Below, one piece after another: positions 29,027-37,873 of a stretch of DNA of 64,000 nucleotides. The stretch lies in the NCBI GenBank assembly GCA_963669175.1, contig OY769902.1, positions 2,112,001 through 2,176,000 of the forward strand. Reading direction: 5' to 3'. Made by a program: the position numbers and the translations under genes. A model generated the notes under the pieces. That model was not told the DNA's origin. It did not search any database and was given only the letters and a program-made list of their open reading frames with translations. Origin of the DNA: a bacterium (GTDB taxonomy: Bacteria > Electryoneota > Electryoneia > Electryoneales > Electryoneaceae). Every line of letters begins with the position of its first letter. Within the stretch, counting starts at the first letter, position 1.

Positions 29027-30340
29027 TCAATGAGGGATACGAATGGTAAAGCTTGTTCCCTGGTTTGGGGCGCTGTCGAGATGATAATCGAAACCGTGAC
29101 GTGAGAGGATCTGCTGCACCAGGGTCAAGCCGATGCCCTGACCATTGGGCTTGGTGGAGAAGAACGGTGTGAACAGGCGCGCTTGAATATCCTGTGGAAT
29201 GCCGCTTCCGTTGTCGCCTACTTCAAGTTCAATAGATTTCTGGTTACGTTTCCCTGCCAAACGTAGGATTCCATTCTCACCCATCGCATCCTGGGCGTTG
29301 CGAATCAGGTTGATGAATACCTGTTCCATCTGGGCGATATCAAGTGCGCAAATTCCAAGATTCTCTGGAATATCCACCTTGAGTTGAATGTTTTGCTGAT
29401 TCAGTTGCGGTTCGACCAGGTGAACAATCCGTTGCATGAATTGGTTCATGTTCACCGTTTCCCGTGTCGGTTCGGGGAGGCGGATGACATCGGCATAGGA
29501 TTTCATGAAACGGTTTAGGTTGTCGTTACGGTCGATGGCAACAGTTAGCGCGTTTTCGAAATCATTCCTGTCATCCTTCTCGAGCTGTTCCGCGTAGCCG
29601 AGACAGGATCGAAGGATGGAGTTGGTGGCGCCGACCGTGTTGTTGACTTCATGGGAAAGTGTGCGAATCAGGGTCTCATAGGCATGTTTTTCGGACTTCC
29701 AGAGTTCCTCAGTCAGTTCCACCAGCAAGAAAAAGCTGTTGGCAAAACCACGATCAAAATATTGAGAATGAACCGCCTTCACCTGGCGTCGATTTTCAAT
29801 CTGGAAAACGTGCGCTTCGCCTGTTTCCAAACCGGCAAGTTGTTGAAGGATCGGATTTGCGGATTCACGCAGTCTGGTCCCTGCAAGCTCATTCCCATCC
29901 GGGGAGAAAAAGCCCTGTGCCGCAGGGTTGATGGTGGTGATGACGCCATCGGGATCAAGGATAATCATTCCGGTAGGGGAGGCTTCCACCAGTTTTTCCA
30001 GGAAATATTGATGTTCTTCATTGTGTGTACGTTCTTCGCGCAGCCGTGTGATCATCTCATTATAAAGGAGAACCAACTTGTTCAGATCTTCCGCCTGCAC
30101 TTCTGTGAAGGTATGAGCAAAATCCCTTTCACGGATAAACTCACTGCCGGTTGAAACCAGTTCCAGGTGAAGATTAAAACTGCGAGTCATGCGGATGCCG
30201 ATGATCAGCGAAACCGCGACGACAATTTCGAGTAGTAATATCCACGGACGATAATCCGCCATCAGCAGCGCGATTCCGCCACCAAGGATGAGACCATGCA
30301 GAAAGAGGAGGTAAATGAGCAGACGTTTTCGAAGCGTCAC
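29027..30340 (-). CDS. Membrane-bound PAS sensor histidine kinase
   Basis: Two TM helices; PAS domain; H-box SHEVNN; N-box NLIRNA; DNGSGI, FTPFFSTK and GQGIGL. Confidence 0.95.
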   Translation of the reverse strand: MTLRKRLLIYLLFLHGLILGGGIALLMADYRPWILLLEIVVAVSLIIGIRMTRSFNLHLELVSTGSEFIRERDFAHTFTEVQAEDLNKLVLLYNEMITRLREERTHNEEHQYFLEKLVEASPTGMIILDPDGVITTINPAAQGFFSPDGNELAGTRLRESANPILQQLAGLETGEAHVFQIENRRQVKAVHSQYFDRGFANSFFLLVELTEELWKSEKHAYETLIRTLSHEVNNTVGATNSILRSCLGYAEQLEKDDRNDFENALTVAIDRNDNLNRFMKSYADVIRLPEPTRETVNMNQFMQRIVHLVEPQLNQQNIQLKVDIPENLGICALDIAQMEQVFINLIRNAQDAMGENGILRLAGKRNQKSIELEVGDNGSGIPQDIQARLFTPFFSTKPNGQGIGLTLVQQILSRHGFDYHLDSAPNQGTSFTIRIPH

Positions 30341-31725
30341 GAGTCAATCCCGTATTTTTCCAAACGACGATACAGGGCATTCCTGCTGATACCAAGCGCT
30401 TCCGCAGTACGGGTAATATGACCTTCAAATTCCTGTAGCGCATTCAATATCATCTTTTTTTCCATCTCCTCAAGGGACATGCTGCCCGGCGCAGGAAACG
30501 CTGAAGCTTGAGATGGGGATTGGTGCATGTCAACCGCATGCTCGAGGTCATCGGCTGTAATGGTTGTTCCTGATCCAAGCAGAATAGCGCGCTCCACTGT
30601 CTGCCTGAGCTGACGAACATTGCCCGGCCAGGTCTGAGTGGACAACCAGTCGAGCGCATCGGGGGCAAGTTGTGCGTCGGTTCTCTGGTAACGTCTGCCG
30701 ATGTTCTGAAGGAATGTTGTCGCCAGGAGCGGAATATCGTTGCGTCGTTTTCGCAGCGGTGGCACATGGATGCGGATCAGGTTCAGCCGGTAGAATAAAT
30801 CCTCGCGAAACGTACCCTCACTGATAAGTGCTTCCAACTCACGGTTGGTGGCAGATAACACTCGCACATCCACTGTTTGGCTCTTGCTGGAACCGACCTT
30901 TTCAAAGGTGCGGTCTTGCAGGACTCGCAACAGTTTGACTTGCGATCCGGCAGTCAAATCGCCGATTTCATCGAGGAAAATTGTTCCCTCGTGAGAGGCT
31001 TCGAATCGTCCGGCCCGGTCCGTATGCGCTCCGGTAAATGCGCCTTTCACATGACCGAACATCTCGCTTTCAAACAGGGTTGTAGGGAGGCCAGCCAAGT
31101 TGACTTTAACGAACGGCTTGTCTTTTCGAACGCTGTTTCTCCAGATAGCATCGGCGATGATTTCTTTGCCGACACCGTTCTCGCCCGTGATCAATACCGG
31201 GGCGTCCGTTTTACTGACACGTCCCACAATATCCAGGATTTTCAGGAACTCGGGCGTTTCCCCGATAATCCCACTGAAATCATACTGTTGATCGAGTTGG
31301 GCGCGTGTGTTCAGCGAAGACTGATCCGAATCACGATTGGCGTCAATCAGGCCCAGTGTGGTGCGTACAGTTTGGAGTATCTGTTCGTTGGACCAGGGTT
31401 TGGTGATGAAATCCGCTGCGCCTGCCTTGATTCCCTTAACCGCCAGCTCGACAGATCCCCAGGCCGTTATCAGCACGACGGGAAGGGCAGGCCACTTCTG
31501 CTTGAACGATACCAGGAGGGCAAGTCCCTCACTGCCGGATGTTCGGCGTGAGAAATTCATGTCCTGGATGATCAGGTCAAACGCCTGTTGTTCAGCGGTG
31601 GAAAGCGCCTGAGAAGGCGAAGAGGCAGCCCTGACCTGGTAGCCGGCCTGCTTCAACAGGAGCTGAAGAGAAGTTGTTACCGCTTTATCATCATCAACGA
31701 CAAGTATGTTCTGTTGTTTAGGCAT
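30337..31725 (-). CDS. Sigma54-dependent NtrC/Fis-family response regulator
   Basis: Receiver domain; GENGVGKE, ESEMFGHVKGAFTGA and WPGNVRQL; C-terminal Fis HTH. Start moved to MPKQQ. Confidence 0.96.
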   Translation of the reverse strand: MPKQQNILVVDDDKAVTTSLQLLLKQAGYQVRAASSPSQALSTAEQQAFDLIIQDMNFSRRTSGSEGLALLVSFKQKWPALPVVLITAWGSVELAVKGIKAGAADFITKPWSNEQILQTVRTTLGLIDANRDSDQSSLNTRAQLDQQYDFSGIIGETPEFLKILDIVGRVSKTDAPVLITGENGVGKEIIADAIWRNSVRKDKPFVKVNLAGLPTTLFESEMFGHVKGAFTGAHTDRAGRFEASHEGTIFLDEIGDLTAGSQVKLLRVLQDRTFEKVGSSKSQTVDVRVLSATNRELEALISEGTFREDLFYRLNLIRIHVPPLRKRRNDIPLLATTFLQNIGRRYQRTDAQLAPDALDWLSTQTWPGNVRQLRQTVERAILLGSGTTITADDLEHAVDMHQSPSQASAFPAPGSMSLEEMEKKMILNALQEFEGHITRTAEALGISRNALYRRLEKYGIDS

Positions 31726-31862
31726 CACACTTCCTTGTAAACGTATAAATATATGGATAATATCTATCAATGATCTACAGTGTTTTTCGAAAGCTAATCC
31801 TGATTCTATAGGGGTTCCCGAAAGTTTTTGCTGATTCGAGAGGTTTTGCTGATTCGAAAGTG

Positions 31863-32477
31863 TTTAGCCTGCTTCAGCAGGCTCTTCTTAGCACCCGGCT
31901 TTAGCCGGGGTGAAAAGGAAGCACAACAATCAGGAGCGCGCTTCAGCGTGCTTTCATGTGAACAACTTAAACGCCGGGAAGCACACTGAAGGGCGCTCAA
32001 AAAATTTCTCCGGTTTAAACACCCCGGCTAAAGCACTGTCTCTTGCTCACATCTTCGTGTTTCTGCCACCCCAGAGGGGGGGGGGTATATTTTAGCGTAG
32101 GGTTGACGCTGTCTGTTTAGCGTCTACCCTACGAAAAAGATCAAACCTTATCTCAACCCTGGAAGGGTTGCATAACGTATAATTTACACCCAATTGGTTT
32201 GTATAGAATATAAAATGCGTTATTTCCTGTATTTATTGAACGTACTAATATGAATCGCGTATTATGCAACCCTTCAAGGGTTGATTATTCGTTAGAATAC
32301 CTGACATAGTGTACAGGCCAAACAGACGGCCTGTACACTATGCTAAAATAGGGAATCCCGCCGGGATTCTAAAAATGCTATGTCCACAACTCTTTTACTG
32401 ATACAGCTTTCAGAAGATGTGGGTAAGAGACAGGGCTTTAGCCGGGTGCTAAAAAGAGCAGGCTAAAGCCTGCTAAA
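31863..32477. repeat. REP/REPIN-like composite palindrome interrupted by a MITE
   Basis: Left arm TTTAGCCTGCTTCAGCAGGCT...CACCCGGCTTTAGCCGGGGTG is mirrored at 32020-32035 and 32434-32477. Confidence 0.75.
32036..32433. mobile_element. Non-autonomous IS4-family (IS50/Tn5-like ends) element carrying REP-like hairpins
   Basis: 19-bp ends CTGTCTCTTGCTCACATCT and (rc) CTGTCTCTTACCCACATCT; no transposase; degenerate ~10-bp duplication GGCTAAAGCA/GGCTTTAGCC. Confidence 0.75.
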
Positions 32478-32733
32478 ATAATAAGATAGCAAATCCTGAT
32501 AAAGTGCAGTATAATAAAAGTGCAATACAATACCAGTACAATAACTCTTTTTGATATTTGTTATAGTGGGCATTATTTCTGTCACACGGGACTTTGAAAC
32601 CGTAAAAGCTTTCAAGAATGGTTGTCATAGGAAATGGTTCTTTCTCCAACGACAAGAAAAGCGGGACAGCCCCTCAACTTCCGCTATGCTTTGGAACAAT
32701 GCGGGGCAGTTCCTGCTTTTCGTTTCACCACAA

Positions 32734-33918
32734 TCATTCATAGTGCAAAGCCGCCGCCGGTTGAATGCGTGAAGCCATCCAGGCCGGGTACATGCCGCTG
32801 AGTACCGCCAAGCCGACCATGATCAGCATGGATACAAGCAGCGAAGGAATGACATTGCCCCATGACAGGATCGGGAACATGCCGACCAACGGTATCTGGA
32901 GAATTAGAAGTATGCCCAGCGCCATGCCGATAGTTGTCAGAAGGATGATTTCCGTGATAATCTGCTTGTATACACTGGTGCGTGGGCTGCCAAGCGCTCG
33001 ACGCAATCCGATTTCTTCAGTCCGCCTGGTCACAGATTGCCAGAATACACCGATCAGACCGAGAACCACCATAATCAGCAGGAATCCACCGATAAGCGCT
33101 GCAATCACAATCCCGACCAGGACAGATTTGAGACCGTTTTTGCGCACATTGTCCAGTGAGTTGATCGTCACGGTCACTTCAGCGCCCATGTGATGTTGCA
33201 CCACGCTTGTCAATGTCTGCTCCATGCTGGCCGGTGTGCCTGGGGCAACTCGTACTGCCAGTTGACGGATTGACTCATCTGTTTTCACTTCGAGAGGAGT
33301 AAAATAAATGACACTTGGGCTCGGTTTGCTGAACTGGCCACGGTGGCGGAATTCCCTGACGACACCGACAATACGTTTATCATCGTCACCGTCCAGACGT
33401 TTCCCGACGGGGGATTCGGTGCCAAACAACTCAACCGCTGCCGCCTGGTTAACGATTATCGGCTCCCATTCCAGCGTCAGATCGTCCTCGCTGAACCAGC
33501 GTCCATCAACCAGCTCAAGCTTATAGAGATCCTGGCCCTCAAGAGAAAGGCGTGTGGCATTGATCTCGATCTCTTTTTTGTTGTACTCAAGGCTGCTGGT
33601 CCACCACGCCATGCCAAAGGGAAGCGGCTGTGAAATAGATACCGCCTCCACTTCCGGGAGGGTGCGTAGTTCCCGGACCATGCTTACCAGGTTATTGTGC
33701 ATCTCCTGGTCCCATTCCTGGGTCCAGTTGGCTTCATTCATTCCCACGCAATAAATGTTCTGATAATCAAAACCCAGCGGTTGAAAGTAGCGCTGCCCGT
33801 ATATTACAGACATGGCAATAACGGTAAACAGCACCAGGAACGCGATAAAAATCTCGCCGATGAGCAACATGCTTCCACGTTTACGGCTCCAGACAAGTTT
33901 CAGTGCATGACGAATCAT
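32734..33918 (-). CDS. ABC transporter permease (MacB/FtsX family)
   Basis: LVDGRWFS, IVGVV and RRTEEIGLRRALG motifs; ATGA overlap with the upstream gene fixes the start at 33918. Confidence 0.93.
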   Translation of the reverse strand: MIRHALKLVWSRKRGSMLLIGEIFIAFLVLFTVIAMSVIYGQRYFQPLGFDYQNIYCVGMNEANWTQEWDQEMHNNLVSMVRELRTLPEVEAVSISQPLPFGMAWWTSSLEYNKKEIEINATRLSLEGQDLYKLELVDGRWFSEDDLTLEWEPIIVNQAAAVELFGTESPVGKRLDGDDDKRIVGVVREFRHRGQFSKPSPSVIYFTPLEVKTDESIRQLAVRVAPGTPASMEQTLTSVVQHHMGAEVTVTINSLDNVRKNGLKSVLVGIVIAALIGGFLLIMVVLGLIGVFWQSVTRRTEEIGLRRALGSPRTSVYKQIITEIILLTTIGMALGILLILQIPLVGMFPILSWGNVIPSLLVSMLIMVGLAVLSGMYPAWMASRIQPAAALHYE

Positions 33919-35180
33919 GATATACCTCCACGCAAGGCGTCCACAGGTTTCATCCGGCTCATTTTCCAGGCGGGATATACACCGGATACCAGGCCGAAGA
34001 AGAGCGTCATCAGGATCGCCAGCGAATAAATACGCCAGTTCAGGGTAAAGGTGGCATAGGGAATCCACCCGGTGAAGGAAATGAAACCCAGAATACCATA
34101 AGCAACCAGTATTCCCAGGATACCGCCCGCCAGTGTCAACAGCAGGTTTTCAACGATAAACTGGCCTACCAGGGTGGTCGAGGGAGCGCCAAAGGATTTG
34201 CGGATTCCGATCTCGCTGGCGCGTTCCATGATTCGGCTGACGTTCAGGTTTACCATGTTCATCGCCGGTAGGATCATGAACATCACCATCACAAAGACAA
34301 AGAAGCCAATCACCTTTTCCGTATGGAATTTCGTACCCTTGCCACCGCTGCCGAAAAACAGCCGGGATGCTTGCTCCAGCAGTGTTTCCGGAATCGCGGC
34401 GATGTGGTTGAAATTGCCGTATTCAGACAAATCAATCTGCTCGATCCGGTGTAGGAATTCTTCACGAATCATGGGGAATTTGGACTTGTTCTGCGCGACA
34501 ACGATCCCGGTACACATCCCCGCCAGACGTTTTGTTTTGTTGTACTCGGGATCAAGGGTTAACGGCATGTAGATATCTGAGAAGGATACCTGGCGGACGA
34601 AGGGGACATTCTCCACCACGCCAATCACACGGTATTTCACCCCATCGATCTCAATATCACGTCCCGCCGCCGGGCTATCTCCGAAATACTTCTCCCGGGT
34701 CGCATCATTGATCACACACACATGATCCGCGTTCGTTACTTCATCCATCGTATAGGGACGCCCCTCCAGGAACTCGAACCGGATGGCATCCCAGAAATAC
34801 TGATCCGTGTATTTCAAAAATGAAGAGATCTTCTTCGATCCGACATAGGACTGAACCCGCCAGGCCGATTTGGTAATGGCTGCCGTTTCAGCGCCCGGAA
34901 GATCGTACAGGGTTTCCTGCAACAGGTTCAGACCGGCAAGGCCGGAAGTGGATGAACTGACAGAGCCGTCCTCGTTTTCCAGCCAAAGGTTCACACGCAT
35001 GACCAGCAGTGTACGGTCATGGTTCACTTCCGGCGGAGTTGGCCCGAATACATGATCCAGCATGGCCACGCCAGCCATCAGGATTGCCAGGGTGAAGGTT
35101 ATCCCGAACAGGTTCACAAAGGTGAAAAACCGTCTTCGGTTGAACACCGCCCAGGCTATTTTCAAGTAGTTCAAGAACAT
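33915..35180 (-). CDS. ABC transporter permease (MacB/FtsX family)
   Basis: MFLNYLKIAW start with AGGAGG RBS; ERASEIGIRKSFGA; YPAWKMSRMKPVDALR. Confidence 0.93.
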   Translation of the reverse strand: MFLNYLKIAWAVFNRRRFFTFVNLFGITFTLAILMAGVAMLDHVFGPTPPEVNHDRTLLVMRVNLWLENEDGSVSSSTSGLAGLNLLQETLYDLPGAETAAITKSAWRVQSYVGSKKISSFLKYTDQYFWDAIRFEFLEGRPYTMDEVTNADHVCVINDATREKYFGDSPAAGRDIEIDGVKYRVIGVVENVPFVRQVSFSDIYMPLTLDPEYNKTKRLAGMCTGIVVAQNKSKFPMIREEFLHRIEQIDLSEYGNFNHIAAIPETLLEQASRLFFGSGGKGTKFHTEKVIGFFVFVMVMFMILPAMNMVNLNVSRIMERASEIGIRKSFGAPSTTLVGQFIVENLLLTLAGGILGILVAYGILGFISFTGWIPYATFTLNWRIYSLAILMTLFFGLVSGVYPAWKMSRMKPVDALRGGIS

Positions 35181-35209
35181 AAAGCCTCCTAAACGCTTTT
35201 TCAATCAGT

Positions 35210-35336
35210 GCTGTCAGGTCACACGCGCGGAAAAGCATGCGCGCAAGACCTGACAGAACTTGAAGTCACACGCGCGAAACGTGCTGTTCTTCGTTGTGTC
35301 AGGTCTTGGCACGCGAAGCGGGTTGTGACCTGACAC
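35210..35336. repeat. REP-like hairpin pair TGTCAGGTC(A/T)...GACCTGACA
   Basis: Two inverted hairpins; the same motif occurs inside the 47551-47883 MITE. Confidence 0.7.
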
Positions 35337-35385
35337 TTGCAGATATAACAAGAAAGAATCCTTGCCTTTATAATAAGAACGCCTC

Positions 35386-36051
35386 CTAATTCACCTGGCG
35401 ACCATCGAACAGACGGACGGTGCGTGCGGTTTTCTCGGCCAGACGTGCATCGTGCGTGACCATGACAATCGTCGTCTTCTCTTCTTCATTCAACTTCAGC
35501 AGGATATCCATGATCTCGTTACCCATCTGGCTGTCCAGGTTTCCGGTGGGCTCATCGGCGAGCAGCATGGTTGGATTCCCCGCGATGGCGCGCGCCACAG
35601 CCACTCGCTGCTGCTGACCGCCGGAAAGCTGAGATGGCCGATGATGCACACGTCCTCCCAGGCCGACACGCTCCAGCGCGAGCAGGCATCGTTCACGTCG
35701 TTGTTTCCCCGGCATCTTCCGGTAGAGAAGAGGGATTTCGACATTATCCAGCACACTGATATCATTGATCAGGTGGAATTGCTGGAAGATGAAGCCGATG
35801 TGTTCGTTGCGGAACATGGCCAGTTTACGGTCGCCGCTGGTTTTTAGATCGTTGCCGTTAAATCGGATGGCGCCATCTGAAGGGATATCAAGCAGTCCCA
35901 TCAGGTTCAGCAGGGTGCTTTTCCCGCAGCCGGACGGGCCCATGATCGAGATAAACTCACCATCCCCGACCTGCATGTTGATCCCGGACAGGGCGAGGGT
36001 TTCAATCCTGTCCGTGCGGTATACCTTTTCTACATTTTCCAATTCAATCAT
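35386..36051 (-). CDS. ABC transporter ATP-binding protein (MacB/LolD-like)
   Basis: GPSGCGKST, LSGGQQQRV, LADEPTGNLD and VTHD. Confidence 0.96.
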   Translation of the reverse strand: MIELENVEKVYRTDRIETLALSGINMQVGDGEFISIMGPSGCGKSTLLNLMGLLDIPSDGAIRFNGNDLKTSGDRKLAMFRNEHIGFIFQQFHLINDISVLDNVEIPLLYRKMPGKQRRERCLLALERVGLGGRVHHRPSQLSGGQQQRVAVARAIAGNPTMLLADEPTGNLDSQMGNEIMDILLKLNEEEKTTIVMVTHDARLAEKTARTVRLFDGRQVN

Positions 36052-36090
36052 GGTTTACTCCACTATGTTTCGGCTCTTTTTGGCTGTGTC

Positions 36091-37335
36091 TCAATGCACC
36101 TTGATGGTAGCCAGGTGCTCATGGTCCCGCATGCTGGAAACGATGATGCGGTCGCCTTCCTGCAACCCGCTTGTGATTTCGTAGTAGTCCATTCCAAGCA
36201 GGCCTAGTTCTGCGTTCACACGATCCGCCCGGTCACCGTGGATCACGAATACCTTTTGCGGGCCGGAACCGTTGGCAAACGGTCCCTTGGCGACACGCAG
36301 TGCGTCTGGCTTGTTCTCGAGAATGACATACGCATCAACACGCATGTTCGATCTCAAGGCAGAATGATTCGGATTGTCCAAGGCGACAATCAGTGTCATA
36401 CGTCCCTCTTCAATCGCAGGCGGGATACTGGCTACGGTTCCGGATAACCTCGTGTCGCCGCACAGCACCCGCACCGCCTGTCCGACCGTGACTTTCCCTG
36501 TATGGATGTCGGAGAGTGTTGCTTCCACACGGAAACGGGTCAGGTCGGATATCCGCGCCAGAATTTCACCTTCACGTACACTCGTACCGGCTTCGGAAAC
36601 GATGGAGGTCAATACTCCCGCCTGGGCTGCCGTGACACTGGCGGCGGAACGATCCAGCTCGGCTTGCCTTAATTGCTGTTGCAGCAGGCGGATTTCAATT
36701 TCCAATCCTTCAATCTGCTTGTAGATGGTCTCGCGTTGCTGATCCAGTGATTCCCGTTTTTTCTTCAGGTCAATCCGTGAGATGTTTTCATCCAGCTCCG
36801 CCTGGCGGACATTCCAGACCGTAGCCGCGCTCATGTCAAACAGTTGCTTCTGTTGAGCGGTCTTGGCCGCCTGGTACTCGAGACGCAACTCCAACGCTTC
36901 GATATCGTTTTGTGCTTCTGTAATCTGGCGTGACAGTTCCAATTCAAGCTGCTCGGCATGGTTGCGTTTCAGCGCGATTTCATCGGTGAGACGCTGGATA
37001 GTCTCGTCGATCTCGCTGTCGTCCAGTTGCAGCAGAATCTGCCCCGCAATGAGGTTCGCGCCGGGTTGCTCGAGAACTTGCTGCACACGTGTGTCGAACG
37101 GGCATGAGATCACATGTTCGTATTCGGGCACCACGATTCCCGTTGCGACCAGCACGGCTTCGACCGGACCACGTTCCACAACAGCCGTCCGCACATTCGC
37201 CAGCTTGATCCCCGGGCTCAACAAGGCGCGTGTGATCACAACCGCAAGGATCATCCCCGCGATAATCGCCAGCGTAATGCCCGCCTGCTTCAGCCTGCGA
37301 GTCCTGATCGTTTTTTCGTTGAGTGGTCGGTCCAT
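36091..37335 (-). CDS. Efflux periplasmic adaptor (MacA/HlyD family)
   Basis: N-terminal TM, coiled coil, lipoyl-like halves, GLQEGDRII. Start moved to MDRPL. Confidence 0.92.
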   Translation of the reverse strand: MDRPLNEKTIRTRRLKQAGITLAIIAGMILAVVITRALLSPGIKLANVRTAVVERGPVEAVLVATGIVVPEYEHVISCPFDTRVQQVLEQPGANLIAGQILLQLDDSEIDETIQRLTDEIALKRNHAEQLELELSRQITEAQNDIEALELRLEYQAAKTAQQKQLFDMSAATVWNVRQAELDENISRIDLKKKRESLDQQRETIYKQIEGLEIEIRLLQQQLRQAELDRSAASVTAAQAGVLTSIVSEAGTSVREGEILARISDLTRFRVEATLSDIHTGKVTVGQAVRVLCGDTRLSGTVASIPPAIEEGRMTLIVALDNPNHSALRSNMRVDAYVILENKPDALRVAKGPFANGSGPQKVFVIHGDRADRVNAELGLLGMDYYEITSGLQEGDRIIVSSMRDHEHLATIKVH

Positions 37336-37348
37336 GTGGGGTAGAATG

Positions 37349-37363
37349 GCAAAGCGCAGGCCA
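37349..37363 (-). promoter_or_regulatory. Sigma54 -24/-12 promoter
   Basis: Minus strand reads TGGCCTGCGCTTTGC (consensus TGGCAC-N5-TTGC); a sigma54 activator is encoded downstream in the same orientation. Confidence 0.7.
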
Positions 37364-37413
37364 AACATTGTGGTTGATAAAACAAGAGGTTAGGTCCGTG
37401 GTCTATGGTGCGG

Positions 37414-37431
37414 TTGTTCGATATCGAACAA
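37414..37431. promoter_or_regulatory. Palindromic enhancer candidate for the NtrC-type regulator
   Basis: Perfect 18-bp palindrome TTGTTCGATATCGAACAA about 50 bp upstream of the -24 box. Confidence 0.6.
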
Positions 37432-37873
37432 TGGCGTGCGGATGCGGGCGAAGGGAGGTACCTCGAAATCGGTTTGCCCTGACGCGTGCACCGAGGCGTG
37501 CTGTTTGCTGTAGGATTTCGCTTTCAATGTTATCCTCGCCTTACGAAGGCTAATATCTACCTGAATATCGAGAATAATAGTCCAACGTGTTCTTTTCCAC
37601 AATCGCTTTTAAAGAATATATTTGCTGATTATTTCATTGTTTCAGTTGAACAGCTTGAAGTATGGTTTAATGATAAGTTAAAGGGTTAAATCTCCAAGAG
37701 TATCATTGTGTTTTTTTATGTTTCTGTTTTTTTGGACTTATATCATAAATGCTAAATAAAGCTTATTGTAGTACTTGATTATTAATCAGTATAAGACGTA
37801 GTTTAATATCATAAGTAAAATTTGATTCTCCATAACGAAAACAGATTTTTATTGATAATTCCAGGAGTGTTTT

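Noticed and set aside
32036-32054. Nextera adapter contamination
   Set aside because: The ends carry distinct mismatches to the mosaic end, form a properly inverted pair and recur at 42921, as expected of genuine IS ends.
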